From positions 32,001 to 96,000 of IMG/VR virus record IMGVR_UViG_3300037183_000125: a stretch of DNA of 64,000 nucleotides; one strand, given 5' to 3'. Positions within the stretch are counted from its first letter, which is position 1; every line of letters begins with the position of its first letter. Under the pieces are notes generated by a model, which worked only from the letters and a program-made list of their open reading frames with translations, was not told where the DNA came from and made no database searches. Below, in pieces: positions 57,256 to 64,000 of this stretch. Source of the stretch: a virus (Duplodnaviria; Caudoviricetes). The translations under genes were made by a program, and so were the position numbers.

Positions 57256-60200
57256 GTCCGGGGGCTGCCCCGGGTTTATGGTCTGACCTATCTTCGGGGA
57301 GACGCCCGGGGGCTGGAACTGAGGCTGGACGCCTGGCTGCGGGCCACGGGAGGGGCCGGAGCCCACGCTCGTCCCGGAAATGCCGACAGTCCCGGCGTTG
57401 ACGAGGCCTCCCTTGGAAGAGTCCCAGATGGAGCCCGGGAGGTCCGAGATCGCGGACCCAAGCTGCTGCTTTGCGTTCGTGAAGGAAGCGTTGAACTCGG
57501 CGTCCGCCTGCTTCGTCCTCCCGAAGTTGAAGTTGGCCTGGCCCTGGAGAGAACGTAGGGCGGCGGGGTCGCCCTGCGCCGCCCGGCCGAAGAGAGCGGA
57601 CTGCGGGTCCGACACAAGGTTGTCCGATTCCGTTCCCTCGTTCGGCCGGACGACGGTCTTCCCGCCGTTCTTGTCGTACGACTCGCGCTGGGCGTTCGAG
57701 TCGTAGTCCCTGGTGAACTTGTCCGTCAGGAACTTGTTCAGGACGTTGAAAAAGCCGCCCGGGGAGTCGAGCGTGAAGCCGTTCCCGACTACGGCGTTCG
57801 TCAGAAGCTGGGAGTCGGCTTCCGACACGGCCTTGGCACCGACGACGCCGGAAATGCCGCTGCTCGCTATCTCGCCCTCGGACGGGGCGCCCTCGGACAG
57901 GGCGGTGGCCGCGTCCCCCGAGATGCCGGCCGGGGTCGAAAGGACGGGGCCGAGGAGCTGCCGGACGATGTTAAGCGGAAGGATGGAGAGCCAGGTGGTC
58001 TTCCCGAGGACGCAGGTGCAGTCGTTATATCCGACCGTGGAGAGGCCGCCCTTGACGGTCGGCGAGAGCTCGGCCAGGGTCTGCGCGCGCCGGACAGCGT
58101 CCGCCTCCGCGAACACAGCGACGCCAGCCTTCGTCCGGGCGTTGTTGATGGAGTCCGTGTACGTTGACTGGCCGACGAGGGAGAGCTGCTGGACGGTCGC
58201 GTCCGGGGCGTAGTTCGAGCCCTTGAAGGAGGCGCCCGTCACATAGTCGTCCGGCGACATGCGCTCGAACATCTCGCCATAGTTCGCCGACTGGGGGCCG
58301 AGGTTACCCTGGACCGGGTTGTCCGTCAGGAGGCCGCCGACGGGGGCGAACTGAATGTCGAGCTTGTTGACCGAAGTGCTCGGGTTGGCGTTCCGCTCGT
58401 CCGGGTTCGGAAGCTGGACCTGCCCGCGGTCGATGAACGTCCCCCGGCCGTACCGGTAGTGGCCGATGACCTCGAACCCGAACTCGTCGGAAACGGGGCG
58501 GATCATGATGCTGATCGGGGTCAGCTTCCGGATGGACTGGGACTCCGCGGTCTTGACCTTGATCTGGTTCTGGATGTTCGTCAGGTTCGCGGCCGCTGCC
58601 GCTGCCGCTTCCTTCAGGAGCGTCACCTGGTTCGTCAGCTGCGAAGCGGCGGCCGAGAGTTCGTTCCCCTGAGGGGGGTTCTTCTTCGAGAACGCGGCGA
58701 GGGCCTGGTCGGCGGTGAGAGAGGCAGCCTTGGCAGCCTTGGCAGCCGCTATGGCGGCGGTCCGTTGACCCTGTAAGTCCTTGAGATCTGAAGCAAGAGA
58801 CTCCTGCCGTTCTTTGTTCCCGACGGCAGCGTCGCCCTCCGGGGACGAGTCCTTCGAGTCCCACGTTATCTTGTCGGCCGGAACAACGGCGAACTCCAAG
58901 AAGTTGCCGCTGGCATCATGGGCATAGTCGTAGACCCCGGCGTTCGTCATCCCGGCCTCGTACCGATTGAGGCGAAGCCGGTCGACAATCTCAGCCCGGC
59001 GACTGCTTGCGAGGTCGGCGAGGATGTTACCAGAAATCTGGTTATAGGAAAAGTTCGGGCCAGAAGGCTTCTGTTTATCCTGTGTCTTCGGCTTCGCCCC
59101 CTTCGTGCTCCCGCTCTGCTGGAGGACGCGCTGTAGCGTGACCCCGTCCAAGGTCTGGCGGTAGACCATGACGGCGTTCGGGTAACCGAGGAGCGCTCCC
59201 GTCTTGGGATTACGCAGGACCATCGGCCCGCCATAGTCGGCGGTCTGGCCCGTCTCGGTGAGGCTCGTAGTCTGGCCAACGTCCGAGGGAAAGCTAACAG
59301 AATAGGTTTTCTCGCTGGTCGACTTGATCGTGCCGATATTCTTCGGGGCGATGAACTTCTGGCGCTTCGCCTTGAGAGTCAGGGTCGACGTAGCCTGGCC
59401 GCCGACGGAGAACCCGTGCGATATGCTTGAGACGTAGAAGAAGGCGTCATACCTCGGGATCCAGACGGGGAAGCCAATCTTGAGCTCAGGGCGCATGGGG
59501 ATCGTTATGGTCCCGGACTCGCGCTTCGAGTTGATCTTGTCGATCTGGTCAAGAAGGTGGAAGAAAAGCTTCTTCGCGTCGGCCGCCCAGTTAACCTGGA
59601 CGTCGAGACGCCGCCAGCCGTAGCGCTTAAGGAGGTGAAAGTCTATAACGCCGGTGCGGGGCGTCGTGATGTCCGAGTTCAGGCCATAGTCCATGCTCCC
59701 ATTGCTGAACGCGTCGCCGTGCGAGGTGACGTGCGTGTACACGTCCTGCTCGTTGTCGGAGATCGAGTCGTCCATGATCTCGAAGTCCTGAATCCAGGAG
59801 ACAGGCTTGTTCGGAAGCACGTTCATATTGTAGAACGGCGGCTTGAAGACGATGTCGCCGGTCGGGTCACAGTAGAGCTCGAACCCGCCAGCCTGGTCGC
59901 GCGCCGTGACGGCTATCTCGAGCTTTGTCTGACTCTCCGTCTGGAAAAAATTTATCTGGGCAGCCTTCGAAAGCTCCTGCTTCCAGACCGCGTTCTCAAA
60001 CGGGTTGACCTTGAACAAGGATGTGGCTGGGTTGGCGCTAAGGTTCTTCGCCTCCTGCTCAAAGAGCTGCTGCGATATCTGAAGAGGGGACACATTCCCG
60101 GACAGGCCGCTGAAGGAGTACGCTTGGCCGCTCGTCCCGTACATGACAAGACTGTTCCAGATATTCCCGAACTTCAGCTGCCAGTAAGCCATTATGTCCT

Positions 60201-60855
60201 TGGCATACTGGGCCGTGACCGGCTGCTCGGCACCGTACTCCGGGCGATAGGACAGAAAGGACCCATCGGTTATGGAGAAATCACCCATAGCGTCGCGCGC
60301 GAGGGTGATGATGACGGTGTACGGGTTCATGTTCGCGAAGCTGTTCCCGAACAGCTGCCACCCGGACTGCGACTTCGACGCGTCGAGGAAGGCAGGGTTG
60401 GTGTTGAAGTTCGTCAGCTCCCACCACCGGAGTATGTCGCGACATGCCAGGCTTATGGTCGTAACGCCGTTACTCCAGCCCTTGGTTACTGAGGACACGA
60501 TCCCCCAGAAGATACGATAGTATTGGGGGACCCCGCCTATGGAGTAATAGCCCTTGGCGAAGACCTCGACCTCCATCATCGACATGATGACAAGCCGACC
60601 GTCCACGTAGAACTCGTTGACGTCGGTGTCCGGAACGGAGAGCGTTATGGTGGCCGAGCCCTGCGCCGGCGAGTCAACGTCGGCCTCCGTGTTCACGGCC
60701 GTCACGTAGCGGTTGAGGTCGACGGGACGACGACACTCTCCGCACGCAATCACGCTCGTCTCGCCCTGGATGGAGACGTACACGTCCGGCGTCAGAGAAA
60801 CGAAGGGGCGGGCGTTGGGCGTCCACGTTCCCTTGAAGGCGGAGACACGGGTCAC
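57241..60855 (-). CDS. Baseplate hub / tail-tip protein (gp27 / gpD-like) with long C-terminal extension
   Basis: 1204 aa; 'SATITLS...MEVEVFAKG...IFWG.V..V', 'FELYCDPTGDIVFKPPFYN', 'RYGWR', 'GTITIPMRPELKIGFPV....FYV..I.H.F.....T.TLTL'; located between the initiator-like genes and the spike. Confidence 0.8.
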   Translation of the reverse strand: MTRVSAFKGTWTPNARPFVSLTPDVYVSIQGETSVIACGECRRPVDLNRYVTAVNTEADVDSPAQGSATITLSVPDTDVNEFYVDGRLVIMSMMEVEVFAKGYYSIGGVPQYYRIFWGIVSSVTKGWSNGVTTISLACRDILRWWELTNFNTNPAFLDASKSQSGWQLFGNSFANMNPYTVIITLARDAMGDFSITDGSFLSYRPEYGAEQPVTAQYAKDIMAYWQLKFGNIWNSLVMYGTSGQAYSFSGLSGNVSPLQISQQLFEQEAKNLSANPATSLFKVNPFENAVWKQELSKAAQINFFQTESQTKLEIAVTARDQAGGFELYCDPTGDIVFKPPFYNMNVLPNKPVSWIQDFEIMDDSISDNEQDVYTHVTSHGDAFSNGSMDYGLNSDITTPRTGVIDFHLLKRYGWRRLDVQVNWAADAKKLFFHLLDQIDKINSKRESGTITIPMRPELKIGFPVWIPRYDAFFYVSSISHGFSVGGQATSTLTLKAKRQKFIAPKNIGTIKSTSEKTYSVSFPSDVGQTTSLTETGQTADYGGPMVLRNPKTGALLGYPNAVMVYRQTLDGVTLQRVLQQSGSTKGAKPKTQDKQKPSGPNFSYNQISGNILADLASSRRAEIVDRLRLNRYEAGMTNAGVYDYAHDASGNFLEFAVVPADKITWDSKDSSPEGDAAVGNKERQESLASDLKDLQGQRTAAIAAAKAAKAASLTADQALAAFSKKNPPQGNELSAAASQLTNQVTLLKEAAAAAAANLTNIQNQIKVKTAESQSIRKLTPISIMIRPVSDEFGFEVIGHYRYGRGTFIDRGQVQLPNPDERNANPSTSVNKLDIQFAPVGGLLTDNPVQGNLGPQSANYGEMFERMSPDDYVTGASFKGSNYAPDATVQQLSLVGQSTYTDSINNARTKAGVAVFAEADAVRRAQTLAELSPTVKGGLSTVGYNDCTCVLGKTTWLSILPLNIVRQLLGPVLSTPAGISGDAATALSEGAPSEGEIASSGISGVVGAKAVSEADSQLLTNAVVGNGFTLDSPGGFFNVLNKFLTDKFTRDYDSNAQRESYDKNGGKTVVRPNEGTESDNLVSDPQSALFGRAAQGDPAALRSLQGQANFNFGRTKQADAEFNASFTNAKQQLGSAISDLPGSIWDSSKGGLVNAGTVGISGTSVGSGPSRGPQPGVQPQFQPPGVSPKIGQTINPGQPPDLRVR

Positions 60856-62492
60856 CTGGACACCTGCGGCTGGAAGCCTGTGTTGACGCCTATCTCGAAG
60901 TCCGTGAACCGCCCGTCGTTTCCGGCATCGAAGTAGTACCTGACGTTAAAGCGACAGCTGTAGGCCATATTGTGCGGCTTCATGTCGGCGTCGGTTATCT
61001 CGAAGGAGTCGAAGGAACCGACGTAGATGAAATTGTCGAAGTAGATGAAGACGCTGTACCCGAGCATCGCGATCCCGAGGTCCGCCTCCGGGCCCGAGTA
61101 TATTATGCCGTTGGTCTTGTAGATGGACAGAAGGGAGAGAAGGTTCAGGTAGCTCGCGCTGTACGTGCGGAGCTCCCCCGCCAGGCCGCCGTTCCCCTCG
61201 GAGTCGACGACGTACTGGCCGGCGGTCACGCCTGACATGGAGATGACGGTCGGCCTCTCGAGCCAGACGTGGACGATATTCCCGTACCGGCCCTTGACAG
61301 TGTTGTCAACGGTGGGCTCGAATGCCCTGGTGAAGTCGCTCGGGTTCACCATCAGGAGGAGCCCCGGAACGTTCTGAAGAGTGTTAATCTGGGCGCGGAG
61401 GGCGTCCGTCTGCCTCCTGACAACGTCCGCCCGGTCCGGGTCGTATTGGACGAGCTTGCCGATCCTGTCGCCCTGCGGGTCCGACTCAGCCTGGGTCGTC
61501 CCGTTTATCATGATATTGCGGGCGACCTGGTCACCGGTCTCGATGGTGTCGGTGGCGAAGGTCGGGGAGTCAACGGTCGGGGCGGCCCCAATGTGCCCGC
61601 CGAGCTGGCCCCGAGCAACGCCGGCCTCTATCTGGTTCACCCGGATCTGCATGGCTCTAGTGTAGTCAGCCTGATCCTGGACATGATAGTTATAGTGGCC
61701 GCCGGCGCCGTTAGGGAGAAGGCCCGCATTATATCCGTCGAGGGTCGTCGCGTTGACAGCACCGTTCCAGTTGTTCATGAGATAGTAGACCTGAGCGGAA
61801 ACCCCATCGTCCAGGCTCGTGTGAGCGCCATAATACACGGCATACGGGGTCCCATCTTTATCGGTATCTTGGCTCAAATAGTAGGAACCACCCTTCGGAG
61901 GAGTCGGTGTCTGGCCTACTGGAGCTCTGGAGCCGCTGGCGTGAGTATTCCCAAAGTTGAAGTTGGTGGTCGGAATGGACGAGGAGGTACCACCACGCTC
62001 CACCATAATTTGGGCCGTAACCCAGTTAACCATGTTCTCGGAGGGATAGACTCCCGACTGCTTGTAAAAGTTCTCGTAGACGGACTGGCGAACGTCACCG
62101 ACAGACGAAGTCTGACTTGTTTTCTGAAGAAGCCCAGCGTTACCGAAGACGGGCTTGTTCTTCACCGTTACGAGCGGTCCTGACCCCTGTGCAGTGTTGC
62201 CGGACGGGGACGTGTTGGCCCCCGTCGGGAAGGGCTGGGACTGAATGTCCGCGACGGACGTCTGGATCTTCTTGAACGGGATGAAGTCGATGGGGACGTC
62301 GGGCGGTATGATGCCGACGATGAACGGCTTGAAGTTCTTCCGCGCGGGCATGGCGGTGCCGTAGTTCTGGGCACCCTCCCCGCCGGGCGCACCGAGGCCG
62401 TAGTTCTGAGGCAGGACGAGCTGCTCCATGTACGACATTATGTTCAACAGCGGGCTCGAGATCTTGGCCGCTATGTTCCGGGGGATCGCCAT
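60852..62492 (-). CDS. Tube-initiator-like baseplate protein with an inserted GH73/FlgJ-like peptidoglycan hydrolase domain
   Basis: True start is ATG 62492 (TGATG overlap; MAIPRNIAAK), 546 aa. Central 'AQIMVERG......NFNFGN...Y.AHTSLDDG....Y.L...Y..GL......Y......Y..M'. C-terminal 'VNPSD...W.E....ISMSG.T...FD..IY.G.F..FE......F.V'. Confidence 0.7.
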   Translation of the reverse strand: MAIPRNIAAKISSPLLNIMSYMEQLVLPQNYGLGAPGGEGAQNYGTAMPARKNFKPFIVGIIPPDVPIDFIPFKKIQTSVADIQSQPFPTGANTSPSGNTAQGSGPLVTVKNKPVFGNAGLLQKTSQTSSVGDVRQSVYENFYKQSGVYPSENMVNWVTAQIMVERGGTSSSIPTTNFNFGNTHASGSRAPVGQTPTPPKGGSYYLSQDTDKDGTPYAVYYGAHTSLDDGVSAQVYYLMNNWNGAVNATTLDGYNAGLLPNGAGGHYNYHVQDQADYTRAMQIRVNQIEAGVARGQLGGHIGAAPTVDSPTFATDTIETGDQVARNIMINGTTQAESDPQGDRIGKLVQYDPDRADVVRRQTDALRAQINTLQNVPGLLLMVNPSDFTRAFEPTVDNTVKGRYGNIVHVWLERPTVISMSGVTAGQYVVDSEGNGGLAGELRTYSASYLNLLSLLSIYKTNGIIYSGPEADLGIAMLGYSVFIYFDNFIYVGSFDSFEITDADMKPHNMAYSCRFNVRYYFDAGNDGRFTDFEIGVNTGFQPQVSR

Positions 62493-63292
62493 CAGGTGTT
62501 CTTCGGGCTCCCGACGCCCGGGAAGAGAGTAGAATTGATCTGATTGTCTGACGGGGAGGCGGAGGGGGCCACGGGGCTCTGGGCAGGCGGGGAGAAGTCC
62601 CCGGTCCCGTTCACGAGGTCGTCCTCCGCCTGCTGGGCGCTCCCGGAGGCCTTCGAGGAGAAGGGGTAGACGTTGCGGCTGGTGGAGCCCGGGAAGGTGT
62701 AGAGGCTCTCCTCGACGGCGAACTCCCACTGCAGGTCGAAGGTGAAGGCCTTCTCGTCGGTCTCCTTCACCTCGAAGTGCGTGAAATGCCCGTAGTAGAT
62801 GCCGCGGTCGTAGATGACCATGACGCGGCCGCGCAGGACCGGCTGGCCCTGGCCGTTGAATATGACGCCGTTGTTGTGGAAGAGCTCGAGGAGGTCCTCC
62901 TGGCGCTCCCAGGCCATGGTGGCGTGGCGCCCGCGGCCGCCGCGGGCGACCGATGGCCGGCCGAAGGCGCCGCCCGTGTCGTCCGACCCGGCGGTGAGGC
63001 CAACGTCCGGACCCAGGAAGGCACCGGTGCTGGAGGTCACCGAGAGGGTCGTGAGCTCGTCCGGCCAGTTGAACTCGACGAAGCCACCGACCGTCATCAC
63101 GACGTTCTTGCTTTTAGTGTGTCCCTCCGTTAGGTCCGACGGGTTGACGTGGGCGGCGAGCAGGTATGGATAGAGCGGCTGCCGCATGGGGTCCGTGATC
63201 TGGAACAGGAACGGGCGTCCGCCGCGCCTGGCGCGCGCGGCGAGGGCGTCCGCCTGGAGCGGGTTCTTGACGTTCGGGAGCTCTACGGGCAT
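62492..63292 (-). CDS. Tube-initiator-like baseplate protein (tube-fold; gp48/gp54/gpU-like position)
   Basis: 266 aa; directly after the tape measure gene; 'HVNPSDL...FNWPDE...LSV...T' and 'YDRGIYYGHF..FE..E......F.V'; paralogous to the C-terminus of the next gene. Confidence 0.7.
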   Translation of the reverse strand: MPVELPNVKNPLQADALAARARRGGRPFLFQITDPMRQPLYPYLLAAHVNPSDLTEGHTKSKNVVMTVGGFVEFNWPDELTTLSVTSSTGAFLGPDVGLTAGSDDTGGAFGRPSVARGGRGRHATMAWERQEDLLELFHNNGVIFNGQGQPVLRGRVMVIYDRGIYYGHFTHFEVKETDEKAFTFDLQWEFAVEESLYTFPGSTSRNVYPFSSKASGSAQQAEDDLVNGTGDFSPPAQSPVAPSASPSDNQINSTLFPGVGSPKNT

Positions 63293-63293
63293 G

Positions 63294-64000
63294 CTATCTC
63301 CTCCTGGATATTCTGTCCATCGCGCCGAACACCGCGCCCTCGAGCTGCTTCGGGGACAGGCCGCTCCCGTTTATGACGACGTTCGCGTTCACGGTCCCGC
63401 CCCCGCCGCCGTCCCCGGAGCCGCCGGCAGGCATGGCCGGGACGACGTACTCGCCACGGTGGAGGCGATAGTTCCCGGTGTCCGGTATCGGGCCCCCGGT
63501 CTGCTTGCTCGCCACCTGGTCCGTCTGCGTCTTCCGGAGGTCGGCCAACGGGTTCCCGCTGGAGACGTCGGCCCCCATTATCGCGTCCAGCCCGCCGGCC
63601 TTGATGACCTCGTCCCCCTGGTCGGCCACCATGCTACGAATTGCAGGAGAGTTCTGCATCTTCGCCTGCATGATGCCGAACTCCATCAGGGCGTCCTTGA
63701 AAGACAACAGAGTGCTGTCGCGGATGGTCTTCGCGTACGGGCCGTTCAGGAAGCTCGGCTCGATACGGATCCCGCGCTTGAGTATGGACGCCACGTCCTG
63801 GATGCCGTCGTAGACGTCGCCCGTCGCCTTCTTCTGGTCGGTGGCCGCGTCCTTCTGCACGTCGGTCACGGCCTTCGTCTGCTCCTGCGACACCTTGGCC
63901 GCCGGGCTCGAGGAGATGGTAGACGTAGTGGCCGGGGTCGCGGAGGCGGCCGGGGAGGCCGCGTCGGCGACGGCCCCGAAGGCCTTGTCCGCGTCGGCGC
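63294..64000 (-). CDS. Tail tape-measure protein, C-terminal part (starts beyond the window)
   Basis: Frame open to position 64000. 'KQTGGPIPDTGNYRLHRGEYVVPA...GGGGTVN.NV.ING' is a typical tape-measure C-terminus. Upstream of the initiator, hub and spike genes. Confidence 0.8.
   Translation of the reverse strand, partial: ADADKAFGAVADAASPAASATPATTSTISSSPAAKVSQEQTKAVTDVQKDAATDQKKATGDVYDGIQDVASILKRGIRIEPSFLNGPYAKTIRDSTLLSFKDALMEFGIMQAKMQNSPAIRSMVADQGDEVIKAGGLDAIMGADVSSGNPLADLRKTQTDQVASKQTGGPIPDTGNYRLHRGEYVVPAMPAGGSGDGGGGGTVNANVVINGSGLSPKQLEGAVFGAMDRISRRR

Noticed and set aside
62493-62729. N-terminal 79 aa of the track's 625-aa ORF
   Set aside because: Overlaps the upstream gene out of frame; TGATG coupling places the real start at 62492.
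553-64000. Bacterial eCIS/tailocin locus, or stop-codon reassignment
   Set aside because: Tape measure gene, multiple homing endonucleases and moron-like islands indicate a phage. Long genes are intact under code 11 and all three stop codons are used.

Overview
64 kb of a large, high-GC (roughly 65% by eye) contractile-tail (myovirus-type, probably jumbo) phage genome. It covers the distal tail module, nearly all on the minus strand. Reading in the direction of transcription (right to left): tape-measure 3' end, two paralogous tube-initiator-like genes (one carrying a GH73/FlgJ-like muramidase domain), hub, spike, a three-repeat putative spike-tip protein, large wedge proteins, gp25-like, baseplate J-like and gpI-like genes, two collagen fibres, two proteins bearing a His-rich helical repeat, paralogous pairs of virion proteins, a beta-helix tailspike, and a Gly/Ser-rich lipoprotein running off the left edge. 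Five AT-richer free-standing homing-endonuclease loci (four tandem-HNH, one GIY-YIG; two are frame-disrupted) sit between baseplate genes. A five-gene non-structural island (PD-(D/E)XK nuclease, Zn-finger microproteins) interrupts the fibre region. The most novel-looking signals are: (1) a ~40-aa helix-H-x6-H repeat totalling 18 and 6 copies in two virion proteins and mostly grouped in threes, suggesting single-chain His6 metal sites; (2) a non-PAAR, three-fold-repeat protein at the spike-tip locus; (3) a conserved C-terminal VM(E/G)S tag on small accessory proteins; and (4) G-TAnnnT elements 5-10 nt before many start codons, suggesting leaderless transcription, including one bidirectional site. 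All product calls come from motif recognition and gene order; no database searches were run.
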